DNA of 64,000 nucleotides from Squalus acanthias. Lineage: Eukaryota. Shown here piece by piece: positions 36,919-51,212 of the stretch. Below the pieces are notes generated by a model. The model made no database searches, was not told where the DNA came from, and saw only the letters and a program-made list of their open reading frames with translations. Where the stretch lies: positions 17,982,001 to 18,046,000 of the forward strand of contig CM059433.1 in the NCBI GenBank assembly GCA_030390025.1, given 5' to 3'. Made by a program: the position numbers and the translations under genes. Position 1 is the stretch's first letter. Each line of letters starts with the position of its first letter.

Positions 36919-39330
36919 AACATAAGAACATAAGAAATAGGAGCAGGAGTAGGCCAATCGGCCCATCGAGCCTGCTCCGCCATTCAATAAGATCATGGCT
37001 GATCTGATCCTAACCGCCAATCTACTATCTACTATCACAGAACCATCTCCTGCATCTAACAGAATTGCACACACGAAATAGGAGCAGAATCAGGCTACAC
37101 GGTCTCTGGGCCCGCTCCACTACCCACAGGGCCATGACCGATCCGAACCTAGACTCATGTCCAAATTCCTGCCCGCTCCCCGTAACCCTTAATGCCCTTT
37201 ACTTCTAGGAAACTGTCTATTTCTGTTTTAAATTTATTTAATGATGTAGCTTCTACAGCTTTTTGTGGCAGCATATTCCATGGACCTACCACCCTCTGAG
37301 TGAAGTAGTTCCTCCTCATCTCAGTTTTGAAAGAGCAGCCCCTTATTCTAAGACTATGTCCCCTAGTTCTAGTCTCACCCGTCATCGGGAACATCCTCCC
37401 CGCATCCACCCGATCCAACCCCTTCACAATCTTATATGTTTCAATAAGATCGCCTCTCATTCTTCTGAACTCCAATGAGTAGAGTCCCAATCTACACAAC
37501 CTCTCCTCATATGACCACCCCCTCATCCCCGGGATTAACCGAGTGAACCTTTTTTGCACTGCCTCGAGAGCAAGGATGTCTTTCCTTAAGTAAGGACACC
37601 AAAACTGTATGCAGTATTCCAGGTGCGGTCTCACCAATACCTTGTACAACTGAAGCAATACCTCCCTATTTTTATATTCTATCCCCCTAGCAATGAAAGC
37701 CAACATTCCATTGGCCTTCTTAATCACTTGCTGCACCTGCATACTAACCTTTTGAGTTTCGTGCACCAGGACCCCCAGATCCCTTTGCACTTCAGTACTC
37801 TCCAGTTTCTTGCCATTAAGATAATAAATTGCTCTAGGATTTTTCCTGCCAAAGTGCATCACCTCACACTTTCCAGTGTTGTATTCCATCTGCCAAATCT
37901 CTGCCCACTTACTTAGCCTGTCTATGTCCCCTTGCAGGTTTTTTATGTCCTCCTCACTCACTACTTTCCCTCCCATCTTAGTATCATCTGCAAATTTTGA
38001 TATGTTACACTTGGTCCCTTCCTCCAAATCGTTAATATAGATTGTAAAGAGTTGGGGACCCAGCACTGACCCCTGTGGAACACCACTAGTTACTGATTGC
38101 CAGTCTGAGAATGAACCATTTATCCCAACTCTTTGCTTTCTGTTAGATAGCCAATCCTCTATCCATGCCAGAATATTACCCCCAATCCCGTGATTTTTTA
38201 CCTTAAGCAATAATCTTTTGTGTGGCACCTTGTCAAATGCCTTTTGGAAGTCTAAATACACTACGTCTACTGGTTCCCCTTTATCCACTCTATATGTTAC
38301 TTCCTCAAAGAACTCCAGCAAATTTGTCAAACATGACTTCCCCTTCGTAAAACCATGCTGACTTTGTCCTATTAAATTATGATTATCCAAATGTCCTGTT
38401 ACTGTTTCCTTAATAATGGACTCCAAAATTTTACCTACCACAGATGTTAGGCTAACCGGTCTATAGTTACCAGCCTTCTGTCTACTGCCCTTTTTAAATA
38501 AGGGTGTTACATTAGCAGTTTTCCAATCTGCCGGGACCTTAGCGGAATCCAGGGAGTTTTGAAAAATTATTACCAATGCATCTACAATCCCTACCGCCAC
38601 TTCCTTCAAGACTCTAGGATGTAAGCCATCAGGTCCAGGTGATTTATCCGCCTTGAGTCCCATTATTTTACCGAGTACCACTTCCTTAGTGATTTTGATC
38701 GTGTTTAGCTCCTCTCCCCCTATAGCCCCCTGTTTGTCCAGTGTTGGGATATTCTTAGTGTCCTCTACTGTAAAGACTGATACAAAATATTCATTCAGTG
38801 TTGTTGCCATCTCCATATTTCCCACCATTAATTTCCCGGTCTCATCCTCTAAGGGACCAACATTTACTTTAGCCACCCTTTTTCTTTTTATATAACTATA
38901 AAAACTCTTACTATCTGTTTTTATATTTTTTGCTAATTTACTTTCATAATCTATCTTCCCTTTCTTAATCAATCTTTTTGTTATTTTTTGCTGCCTTTTA
39001 AAGTTTTCCCAATCCTCTGTCCTCCCACTAGATTTCGCTACCTTATATGCCCTTGTTTTTAGTCGAATACTATCCTTAATTTCTTTACTTAGCCACGGAT
39101 GACTGTCCTTTCTTTTACACCCTTTTCTTTTCAGTGGAATATATTTTTTTTGGAAGTTGTAAAATAACTCCTTGAATGTACACCACTGATCATGTGTCGT
39201 CTTACCCTTTAATCTATTTTCCCAATCCACTCTACTCAATTCCGCTCGCATACCTTCATAGTCTCCTTTATTCAAGCTTAGCACGCTTGTTTGAGATCCA
39301 ACCTTCTCACCCTCTACTTGAATATTAGCC
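36919..39330 (-). mobile_element. Young 5'-truncated CR1/HER1 LINE with a 725-codon open ORF2 (RT intact, EN missing)
   Basis: ORF 37155-39332 has [36 protein letters not shown]; tail with TTCTTATG repeats. Confidence 0.96.
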
Positions 39331-39599
39331 ATTTGGGTGAGGTACTTGAGGGTTCCATGACCACCCCCTGTGGATCCCTATCCTACCAAGGAAACGAACA
39401 GTAAGGGAAAGAAGGAAGAAGTGAAATTTGACAAAAATAATACAGTGCCAGCATAAAGTTAATCACATATGAAGGCAAAATCTTACAAAACATCAGTCGG
39501 TACAACAAATCCTTTTTGTCACAAATTTGGTTTTAACCACAGGCACTTTACTATGACAGGGAAACAAAACTGATAACGTCTCATGTTGTTTTAGATCTG

Positions 39600-40330
39600 A
39601 TAGGTAGCAAGTAACATTCATGCCACACAAGGGCTAGGCAATGACTGTCTCCAACAAGAGAGTGTCTAACCACCTCCCCTTGACATTCATCAGGATTACC
39701 ATCCCCGCATCTCCCACATCCTGGGGGGTCACCATTGACCAGAAACTGAACTGGACCAGCCACATAGAGCAAGTCAGTGGCTGGGTATTCTGCGGCGAGT
39801 GTCTCGCCTCCTGACTCCCCAAAGCGTTTCCACCATCTGCAAGGCACAAGTCAGGAGTGTAATGGAATACTCTCCACTTGCCTGGATGAGTGCAGCTTGA
39901 ACAACACTCAATAAGCTCAACACCATCCAGGACAAAGCAGCCCGCTTGACTGGCACCCCATCCACCACCTTAAACGTTCACTCTCTCCAATACCGTGCAC
40001 CATGGCTGCAGTGTGTACCACCTACAAGATGCACTGCAGCAATTCGCCAAGGCTTCTTCGACAGCACCTCCCAAACCACCTTGAAGGACAAAGGCAGCAG
40101 GCGCATGGGAACACTATCACCTCCAAGTTCCCCTCCAAGTTACAAACCATCCTGACTTGGAAATATATCACCATTCCTTCATCGTCACTGGGTCAAAATC
40201 CTGGAACTCCCTCCCTAACAGCACTATGGGAGTACCTTCACCACATAGACTGCAGCGGTTCAAGAAGGCGGCTCACCACCACCTTCTCAAGGGCAACTAG
40301 GGATGGGCAGTAAATGAACGAATAAAAAAA
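39600..40330 (+). mobile_element. CR1-group family B fragment
   Basis: Colinear with 45290-46057. Confidence 0.9.
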
Positions 40331-42033
40331 ATCACAATTTAATCTGTACTGTAATGCAACTGAATAGAATCCATGTATTTTACTTAGAAATATATGTTCA
40401 TAGTAGGTGCACAAGTGGACTGGGTGAATGAATACTCAGAGGCTACGGGGAAAGGGCGGAGGAGTGGGACTAGCTGAAGTGCTGTTGCAGAGAGCCGGCA
40501 CGGGCTCAACGGGCCAAATGGCCTCCTTCTGTGCTGTAACCATTCCATGATTCTAATTACAAAGCTCATGGACAAATAAGATTAAAGCTATATTTTTGGT
40601 AAACAGGTATTCATGTTGCATTTTAGAATGATCAGTTAGTTGGATCATGCCATGCCTGATTGAAAGGAGCCAAATTCCCTGTTGTGGTCAGACACTAGCT
40701 AATCTAATGTGGAGCATTAATGCAGAGGCCAAGGCAATAACACTTGAGACATATCATTATTACTAATGCTAAGTTAGTGGAGTTTGGGCCAGAGGCAGTG
40801 GAAGGAGATGCTCTCATCTGATGAGCAGTGTTTCTTGAGGTAAATGTGATATGTCCTGCTCAATCAACCTCCAGGTGCAAGATTGACCACCACGCTTTCA
40901 GAATGATATTAATTCCTTCATCAAGTGAGAACTGAGAGGTTGCTGAAGATAGGGGTCTTCGATGGAGTCAGTTTTTGTCTTTAGACAGAAAATCGTAGGC
41001 CTGTGAATTGGGCGCATGCAAGGAAGGCTAAAGACACAAGTTACCCCACAGTACGTTCACATGCCCTGGTTGACTGATTTTCTTACTCAAATTATGCCTC
41101 ACAGAATTATGAAGCTAGCCCTATTGCATGCTATAGTATAGTGTATAATATAATAGGTTAACAGCTTGATATAGGTAAAGAATATCATGGGATAGTTAGT
41201 ATAGAGGGCTACAGTAAAGGGGAAGTGTAGAACCGCTTTAGCCATGATTTGGTGGAACGTTTACAAAATCTGGTGTGACATAAGGAAAAATAGCTTAACA
41301 ATATAGAAGTCAGTATTAATATCTGTATTATGAAAATGTATTCTGTATGATAGAGGCAAATGGCTTAGATTATGCTGTTAGGATTCTGTAAGTCAAAGCT
41401 AAGTAAGCAGATGTCAGTTTAATGCAATTTAAGAAAATTTTAAAGATTTATGTAAAGAATTATGGCTAGTTTGGAGACATGTCTGGTTTAAATAGTTATT
41501 ATTCTGGAAAGAGTGTACAATGCGAAATTGTCTTATCTTTTACTGATAAAAATGAAGGGCTAGGAATTTCCTTTGTGCCTTCCGTTAACGCCTCCGGGGG
41601 AGGCGCTAATGGGGCGCAAATGTGTTTCGACCGGGTGCGGCGATATCAATGCCTCCCGCTAAATTCGGCGGGAGTTTTGCGGTGGCGGTAAGACATTGTG
41701 ACCCGATCCCCTGCGCCCGGAGATCATGATGTCATTGCCATGCGCAGCGCCCAGTAGCGCCCCGGATGAAAAATTCTCTCTCACCCCCTGCTTGTGCGAC
41801 TGCGACAAGTAGAGGAGGCGGCTTTCAGTCGGATGTCCCCTGGAGGAGCGCTATTTAAAGGCATCCACATCCGGTGTAGTTTTCGTTGGCCAACAATGCT
41901 GCGTTAGTTTCACGTAGGCAAAGAGGCCTTTTGACCGATTTGAGCGTTTTGCATTTTAACAAGTGTTCTGGCACATAAAGATTCTTCAGTTTCATTGAGG
42001 GGAGATTTGAAAGTGCAATATTTGGATCCTTTC

Positions 42034-43130
42034 ATGGGATGTACTGGCACTGGACCTCGCCCTCCAGCGTCAACGTCGGAAGCAACTGAAGCACAGAGAA
42101 AGAGTGCAAAATGTGTCCAGAGGTAGGAGGGCCAACTGGGCGCTCAATAGGAGGCCTTACCCACCCAGGGTATTCCGGCAGCAGTTCTCCTACATGAATT
42201 TCACTTAGGACCAGTGTGTTAGAAGGCTCCACTTCAGCAAGGACGTGGTCACAGACCTCTGCCACCTCCTGCAGCCAGACCTCGAGCCTCAGATCAGGAC
42301 CACCACGGCTCTCTCAGTGGCAGTCAAGGTCACCGTCGCCCTCAATTTCTACGCCAACGGATCATTCCAGTGTGCAACAGGCGACATCTCCAACATCTCC
42401 CAGTTTGCCATCCATTGCTCCATCTGCCAGGTCACAGATGCTCTGTACAGAAGGAGAAGGGACTACATTTCCTTCCCCATGACCAGAGAGAAACAGCACG
42501 AGCGTGCATGTGGCTTTGCCAGGATAGCGGGCTTCCCCATGGTGCAGGGCGCCATTGACTGCACTCACGTTGCTTTGCGGGCACCTCATAACAATCCTGA
42601 GGTCTTCTGTAACCCCAAAGGCTACCACTCACTTAATGTGCAGTTGGTGCGCGACCACCCACGGCGAATCCTAACCGTCAATGCCCGCTATCCTGGCAGC
42701 AGCCACGATGCCTTCATCCTGCGCCAGACTGGTGTGCCAACTGTATCCAGCCACCACATCAAGCTTGCGGCTGGCTGCTAGGAGACAAGGGCTATCCGCT
42801 GTCCACCTGGCTCATGACTCCCCTCCGCAACCCAACACTCCTGGCCAGCACTCATATAATGAGAGCCATGCTGCCACCAGGAACATCATTGAGCAGACCA
42901 TCGGAGTGCTCAAGCAACGGTTCCGCTGCCTTGACCGCTCGGGAGGAGCCCTCCAGTACTCGGCTGAGCGGGTGTCACTTTTCGTCATCGTCTGCTGCAT
43001 GCTGCACAACTTGGCCATTATGAGGGTGCAGTCATTGCCACCAGGCATAACTCCACCACCTCAGGAGGAAGAAGAGGAGCAGGAGGAACAGGAGGACGAA
43101 CAGCAGCGACGGAGGAGGCAGCCAATCAAT
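42034..43130 (+). pseudogene. Harbinger DDE transposase (HARBI1-like), frameshifted
   Basis: [60 protein letters not shown], acidic tail. Confidence 0.93.
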
Positions 43131-43164
43131 CGGCCCCAGTGGCTGCAACAGGGTTGGTGGAAGA

Positions 43165-46100
43165 CTACTGAGTGTCGGTGCCAGAGACTACCGATGGCCT
43201 TGCAGGATGCCCTCGACCAGCTCTGGGCCTGGAAGGCCCGGCTGTAGACTGCACCACCTCAGGCTGGGCGGCGGCAGCCAGGGCTGGCTGGAAGACAGGC
43301 AGAGACAAGGGCAATGGGGGAGTGGCAGTGGTGGTATCAGGAATGCTTTCATCCTGAGAGAGGACAGCAGGTTCCTGCTCCACTGACCCACTGCCACTCC
43401 CCCGGGGCAGCACCTCAGCATCCCTACCAATCTGCTGGAGCACAGATTGCTGGCCTGCTGCGACACCGTGATCCCCGGTGGACTGTGGTGGACCCAGCGA
43501 CGATGGCAGCAATCAGAGCTTTCGTGGCATCAAGCTGAAACTGCATGAGAGCAGTCTGAGACTCGATGGCAACAACCATTGACTGCATTACAGCACTAAG
43601 ATGTTGCGTGGCTTCCACCTGTGCTGCAATGGAAGCTGCCGTATCGCCCATCACACGCGGCATGAGGTCTGGATCCACACGGTCTCTCTGGAAGTCCACT
43701 ATCCTCTGCACAGTGGAAATGATGGGCTCCATGGTGTGCGCAGAGCTCTGTGCAATGTTGGAAGCGGACTCCTCCATGCTCCTTACCATTGCCGAGAGGC
43801 TCTCAGGCACCCTTGCCATTGCACCTATCATCTGGGTGTGCATGCCCATCACCCTTCTTGTGACTGCTTGCCCATCGAGGTCCTCATCTGAGTCCTATGC
43901 AGCAAAACTCACGCTCGAGCTCGCCCTCCGGGGAGCTGGCTCCCGAGCTACCCTTTCCCCCTGGCCTTGCTGCAGCCCGCTCGTCCCTGGTGCATCACCC
44001 AGTGCAGACCCCTCTACTAAACTTGCCTCTAAAGATCGCGTAGTGCCAGTATCTGAGTTGGTGCCTGCGGGTGAGAGATGCAGTGACGCGGTGCTTTGCT
44101 TCTCCTCCTCTTCTCCTTCCTCACTCTCACTGGGAGGCTCAGGGACAGGCTGGTCATCTGGTTGTTGATTAACTGAAAGTTTAAAGGCACAACACTCGCG
44201 TTAAGGTCAGGGCAGGGGGGCAGGAATGGAACAAGGAATGCAGACATTCTCAGGAGGTGGAACGTGAGAAAGATTTGTGGTGTGAGGGGGAAGTGGGATG
44301 AGAGAAGGAGAGGGGCTGAAGATACCGTTTTTGCCCCCAACGGGGTCGATGTCGCCGATGGCCATAGCACCCGCCACCTGCTGCCCAATGAGTCGCAGTA
44401 CTCGCTCCTCAAGGTCTGAGAGCTGCTGGAGCCGCGCATCACCCCCGCCTGTTCTCTGCTGCTCCCTCCTATTGTGGGCCATCTTGGCCTGCAAGAGAAA
44501 CAAATGTGTTTGAGTCAGAGCCCAGCTATGTGTTTGGGAGATATGCCTGCCATCGTTGAATAGCTGTGATTGTATGCAAGGCGTGAGATGTGGATGTGAG
44601 TTTGAGTAGGTGAAGATGTTTGGTGGGTGAGTGGTGGCGGTGTGGTTCTTTCTGCAGTGTGCATAGACCGAGGTTCAGGTGCTGGTATTTAGGAGCTGTT
44701 GAAGCATGTACTCACCTGGACCACCCGACTGAGGTCGTTGAATTTCTTGCGGCACTGTGTCAGGCTGCGATCCACCACACATGGCTGAGCACACTGGATA
44801 CAGCAAAGGCTATGGGCCCCAACAACATCCCGGCTGTCGTGTTGAAGACTTGTGCTCCAGACAAAGGAGCTGAATTCCAGAGGTGAGGTGAGAGTGACTG
44901 CCCTTGACATCAAGGCAGCATTTGACTGAGTCTGGCATCAAGGAGCCCTAGTAAAACTGAAGTCAATGGGAATCAGGGGGAAAACGCACCACTGGCTGGA
45001 GTCATACCTAGCACAAAGGAAGATGGTTGTGGTGGTTGATTGCCAATCATCACAGCCCCAGGACATCGCTGCAGGAGTTCCTCAGGGCAGTGTCCTAGGA
45101 CCAACCATCTTCAGCTGCTTCATCAATGACCTTCCCTCCAACATAAGGTCAGAAATGGGGATGTTCGCTAATGACTGCACAGTGTTCAGCGTCATTCACA
45201 ACTCCACAGATAATGAAGCAGTCCATGACCGCATGCAACAAGACCTGGATGACGTTCAGGCTTGGGCTGATAAGTGGCAGGTAACATTCGCACCACAGAA
45301 GTGCCAGGCAATGACTATCTCCAACAAGCGAGAATCAAACCACCTCCCCTTGACATTCAATGGCATTACCATCGCCAAGTCCCCCACTATCAACATCCTG
45401 GGGGTCACCATTAACCAGAAACTTAACTGGACCAGCCACATAAATACTGTGGCAACAAGAGCAGGTATTCTGCGGCGAGTGTCTCACCTCCTGACTCCCC
45501 AAAGCCTTTCCACCATCTACAAGGCACAAGTAAGGAGTGTGATGGAATACTCTCCACTTGCCTGGATGAGCGCAGCTCCAACAACACTCAAGAAGCTCGA
45601 CACCATCCAGGACATGGCAGCCCGCTTGATTGGTACCCCATCCACCACCTTAAACATTCACTCCCTCAACCACCGGCGTACCGTGGCTGCAGTGTGTACC
45701 ATCTACAAGATGCACTGCAGCAACTCACCAAGGCTTCTTCGGCAGCATCTCCCAAACCCACGACCTCTTCCACCTAGAAGGACAAGGGCAGCAGGCGCAT
45801 GGGAACACCACCACCTCCAAGTTCCCCTCCAAGTCACACACCATCCTGACTTAGAAGTATATCGTCGATCCTTCATCGTCGCTGGGTCAAAATCCTGGAA
45901 CTCCCTACCTAACACCACTGTGGGAGTACCATCACCACACGGACTGCAGCGGTTCAAGAAGATGGCTCACCACCACCTTCTCAAGGGCAACTAGGGATGG
46001 GCAATAAAAGCTGGCCTTGCCAGCGACACCCAGATCCCATAAACAAATAAAAAAAAACACTACTGGTCGAGAGCTCCTGGGCCACATCCCTCCACATTGC

Positions 46101-46235
46101 TCTGAACACCTGAGGCGATGGCCTCCTTCCAGTGGCCGGGAGCAGCATTGCCGTCCTTCGCTCCACTCCAGCCTGCAATGCCATGTCTGTGAACCGACAA
46201 GCTCTCTCCCTGGGAGTGGGAACAGCCATAGCCAT
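43165..46235 (-). pseudogene. Harbinger Myb/SANT-like gene, spliced, exon 1 split by a LINE
   Basis: 46235-46058 ...RFTDMAL...WRDVAQELSTSSV; 44780-44716 VDRSLTQCRKKFNDLSRVVQ|gtgagt; exon 2 AKMAHNRREQQRTGGG. Confidence 0.87.
44781..46057 (+). mobile_element. CR1-group family B LINE nested in the Myb exon
   Basis: 342-aa RT C-terminal ORF and A-rich tail. Confidence 0.93.
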
Positions 46236-47796
46236 CAAGGGATTCACTTGCTCGCAGGTCGCCTCAAAGCCAGCAGTACTGAAAATGAGCATCTGCATAA
46301 TGATGCAATCTTTCCTTTTAAGAGCTGGAAGGAAGCAGTGTGAAGGATCATTACTGGATACATTGCTCCTGAAATTAATTAGCGCTCTGCTGGTAGTGCC
46401 CCTGTAGCACCTCACTGAGGTCATTAGCGCTTGATTTAGCACCCCACTTCCTTCCTGGGGCGCGAACACCCAATTTAGTAGAAGTTCAGAATCCTTAACG
46501 CCTGGCGCTAAATATTCAAAATTTCTCAAGTTAGCCCCCAAATGGGGCGATACCCAATTTCACCCCAGAAATGTCTTCTACATTCCAGTGAGAATGAAGT
46601 CAATGTTTTGCAACATTGCCATCTATTGGTGCAGTAGATTATGACACACAAGGATCACATGACAATAGTTTCTGAATTGATAAATTCAACGCAAGTCATC
46701 AGATATTGCTTAGAAAGTGTTCCTCGAATGTTTCAATAGGATCACTTTCAGCAGTTCTCTGCTATTCTGCACTGAGAACTCGCCTGAATTAGTTAGTAGT
46801 TCGCAGACCCCGATGGTTATCCTATTTGTAAGTATTTAGATGTATAAACTTGCTTGTACTTTCTGTCAATATTAATGAAACCAACAGGTTAATTTATCTC
46901 TGATGTCCGAACCTATATAATTTGAATTAATCTACCCGGTTGATCTAATATTGTCACTCTCTGCACCCTGCCATTCAGTGAGCCGGTAACCAGTAACATC
47001 AACATGCAAGTACACAAACAGAACCTTTCCTTCATCACCCACTGTAACATTCTCAACTGCACACAACCTCTGATGTAACAGAAATTGAATCCTTTAGGCA
47101 TTCTTACAAGCTATTTATAAGAGCAGTTGACAGTAGGTGTAACTGACAGAAAAATAACACTTGCAAAGGAATTGTAAAAATGTAGATCATAAGTACTTCA
47201 AAGCATAACTTGCCCAAGTATTATCTTTCAATGACTTTGAAAATTAGATTGCCAGAGTGAATGAAAATTCATGCAAATTTTTTTAAAGACAAGATTTGTT
47301 GTCACTGCTAAGGAGTATTCTATAGCTACTATAGGACAACAGCTAGTCTCATTTCTACTTATTGTTAGCTACTTCTACAATCCAAATCATTTATGATTCT
47401 CCCACAAACAGATAAACCTCATAAGGTGCTTTGTAATGTGTCTCCTTAGAGTGATGCACTGTATGTATGGCTCCCAGCAACTGTATGTGTGAGAATGCTG
47501 TTCATGGTCACATTCTGCATGATTATCATACATCTATGGGATTAGTGCATTCTTTTTTAAACTTTGCACAAATTACACCAAATACGATTAGGATTAAAAA
47601 GGCACTGTGCCACTGTGAAATGCTTTTGAGTGTTTACTCCCGAATTTGTAATTTCTATCAGAAAAATATTGTTCATTGCAGAGGAATCAGCTGGATGACA
47701 ATTCTGAAATATTCTGCATCTTTCATTCTTGAGTTGTTTTATTCAATGTAGCATTCATCAGTTCTGGAATGATTTCCTTAATGTTTGATGACTCTT

Positions 47797-50020
47797 CTAC
47801 AGGCACTGACCCATATTCAATGTTCTACAGACACTGACCCATATTCTCTGTTCTGTAGACACTGACCCATATTCACTGTTCTACAGACACTGACCCATAT
47901 TCTCTGTTCTATAGACACTGACCCATATTCTCTGTTCTATAGACACTGACCCATATTTTCTGTTCTGTAGACACTGACCCATATTCTCTGTTCTGTAGAC
48001 ACTGACCCATATTCTCTGTTCTTTTAACACGGACCCATATTCTCTGTTCTATAGACACTGACCCATATTCTCCTGTTCTGTAGACACTGACCCATATTCT
48101 CTGTTCTATAGACACTGACCCATATTCTCTGTTCTACAGACACTGACCCATATTCTCTGTTCTACAGACACTGACCCATATTCTCTGTTCTATAGACACT
48201 GACCCATATTCTCTGTTCTACAGGCACTGACCCATATTCTCTGTTCTATAGACACTGAGCCATATTCTCTGTTCTGTAGACACTGACCCATATTCTCTGT
48301 TCTGTAGACACTGACCCATATTCTCTGTTCTTTTGACACGGACCCATATTCTCTGTTCTATAGACACTGACCCATATTCTCCTGTTCTGTAGACACTGAC
48401 CCATATTCTCTGTTCTGTAGACACTGACCCATATTCTCTGTTCTGTAGACACTGACCCATATTCTCTGTTCTACAGACACTGACCCATATTCTCCTGTTC
48501 TGTAGACACTGACCCATATTCTGTGTTCTACAGACACTGACCCATATTCTCTGTTCTACAGACACTGACCCATATTCTCCTGTTCTATAGACACTGACCC
48601 ATATTCTCCTGTTCTATAGACACTGACCCATATTCTCTGTTCTACAGACACTGACCCATATTCTCTGTTCTACAGACACTGACCCATATTTTCTGTTCTA
48701 TAGACACTGACCCATATTCTCTGTTCTATAGACACTGACCCATATTCTCTGTTCTATAGACACTGAGCCATATTCTCTGTTCTGTAGACACTGACCCATA
48801 TTCTCTGTTCTTTTGACACGGACCCATATTCTCTGTTCTATAGACACTGACCCATATTCTCCTGTTCTGTAGACACTGACCCATATTCTCTGTTCTGTAG
48901 ACACTGACCCATATTCTCTGTTCTACAGACACTGACCCATATTCTCCTGTTCTGTAGACACTGACCCATATTCTGTGTTCTACAGACACTGACCCATATT
49001 CTCTGTTCTACAGACACTGACCCATATTTTCTGTTCTATAGACACTGACCCATATTCTCTGTTCTACAGACACTGACCCATATTCTCTGTTCTATAGACA
49101 CTGACTCATATTCTCCTGTTCTGTAGACAGTGACCCATATTCTCTGTTCTACAGACACTGACCCATATTCTCCTGTTCTGTAGACACTGACCCATATTCT
49201 CTGTTCTACAGACACTGACCCATATTCTCTGTTCTACAGACACTGACCCATATTCTCTGTTCTACAGACACTGACCCATATTCTCTGTTCTATAGACACT
49301 GACTCATATTCTCCTGTTCTGTAGACAGTGACCCATATTCTCTGTTCTACAGACACTGACCCATATTCTCCTGTTCTGTAGACACTGACCCATATTCTCT
49401 GTTCTGTAGACACTGACCCATATTCACTGTTCTACAGACACTGACCCATATTCTCTGTTCTACAGACACTGACCCATATTCTCTGTTCTATAGACACTGA
49501 CCTATATTCTCTGTTCTATAGACACTGACCCATATTCTCTGTTCTACAGACACTGACCCATATTCTCTGTTCTACAGACACTGACCCATATTCTCTGTTC
49601 TACAGACACTGACCCATATTCTCTGTTCTATAGACACTGACCTATATTCTCTGTTCTATAGACACTGACCCATATTCTCTGTTCTACAGTCACTGACCCA
49701 TTTTCTCTGTTCTATAGACACTGACCCATATTCTCTGTTCTATAGACACTGACCCATATTCTCTGTTCTATAGACACTGACCCATATTCTCTGTTCTATA
49801 GACACTGACCCATATTCTCTGTTCTGTAGACACTGACACATATTCTCTGTTCTGTAGACACTGACCCATATTCTCTGTTCTATAGACACTGACCCATATT
49901 CTCTGTTCTACAGACACTGACCCATATTCTCTGTTCTATAGACACTGACCCATATTCTCTGTTCTGTAGACACTGACACATATTCTCTGTTCTACAGACA
50001 CCGATCCATATTCTCTGTTC
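47797..50020. repeat. 28-bp minisatellite, roughly 79 units
   Basis: AGACACTGACCCATATTCTCTGTTCT(AC/AT/GT) in tandem with no spacers. Confidence 0.97.
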
Positions 50021-50666
50021 TGTTGTTTTTTGATAATTAGAAAATGTAAGCATTCTAATTACTGATACGTGTGGGATAGACAGAATGCAAGGTTTGGCAA
50101 GTGGAACGTGACCAATTCCTGTCCTGGTGGAGCATCTCACTGTGTGGAAAGTACATTGTCTGTTTCCCTTGTAATTACACCGCACCCTGAATGAGCTTGG
50201 AAAGCAGGAACTCGCAGCGTAGGGCATCCCTGCCCCGGTGCCACACCTGACTTCTTTGGCCTAGTAAAATTGGGGTGGGGGGTGAAGGTTCCATTCTTGA
50301 CAAGTCCAACTGGGAACTCCAAGAATCGACGGGCACCCTGCAGAAATTTGGGGCCTAAATTACTAAGCTTAACGTGTTTTTTTGAATTGTGCAATTTTTT
50401 AACATGTTTTTAATGTTATAAATGTCTCTTTTGGTTTATGTATGCTGACCTGAGAAGGAAAGGAAATTGGTAGCTGAAAAAATTGCTGGAGCTCTCTGAT
50501 TGGTTTTGCTTTGTGGTAGCTGCTGCCTCCAGATTGCTGGATTTCAAGAAAGTTTCAGTAATTTGATTGGATGGTCTTATGTTGCTTGTTCATTGTTGAT
50601 TAGTAACTTGTCTCATGAATGTTGTGTTTGATTGTGTCACATTTAGTCCATTGGATATTTGAGCCA

Positions 50667-51212
50667 ATAACAACAACAAAAACAACAACTTGTATTTATA
50701 AAGCGCCTTTAACATAGTAAAACATTCCAAGGCGCTTCACAGGAGTGTTATAAGACAAAATATGTGACACCAACCCACAGAAGGAGAAACGAGGGCAGGT
50801 GACCAAAAGCTTGGTCAAAGAGGTAGGTTTTAAGGAGCGTCTTAAAGGTAAAAGAGAGGTAAGCGAGGCGGAGAGGTTTAGGCAGGGAATTCCAGAGCTT
50901 AGGGCCTAGGCAACAGAAGGCACGGCCACCAATGGTGGAGTGATTATAATCAGAGATGGTCAAGAGGGCAGAATTAGAGGAGCGCAGATATCTCGGGGGG
51001 TTGTGGGGCTGAAGGAGATTGCAGAGATAGGGAGGGGAGAGGCCATGGAGGGATTTGAAAACAAGGATGAGAATTTTGAAATTGAGTCGCTGCTTAACCG
51101 GGAGCCAATGTAGGTCAGCGAGCAGAGGGGTGATGGGTGAACGGGACTTGATGCGAGTTAGGACACGGGCAGCCGAGTTTTGGATGACCTCAAGTTTACA
51201 TAGGGTGGAATG
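50667..51212 (-). mobile_element. L2-clade LINE 3' end
   Basis: GGRAFCCLGPKLWNSLP...FKTLLKTYLF; (TTG)n tail. Confidence 0.88.

Larger units (their letters stand above)
41557..46566. mobile_element. PIF/Harbinger DNA transposon, two-gene, inactive
   Basis: Ends GGGCTAGGAATTT / CCCAATTTCACCCC (weak TIR, no clean TSD); transposase on +, Myb gene on -. Confidence 0.88.

Noticed and set aside
42034..43130. Domesticated HARBI1 or NAIF1 host genes
   Set aside because: Stops, frameshifts, TIR-like ends and several divergent copies indicate transposon relics.
46810..46835. ATG plus gtaagt micro first exon
   Set aside because: Ends in phase 0, incompatible with the phase-1 exon at 52197; no other support.
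47797..50020. CRISPR-like 28-bp repeats and repetitive ORFs
   Set aside because: No unique spacers, no cas genes, eukaryotic context; the ORFs are translations of the repeat.
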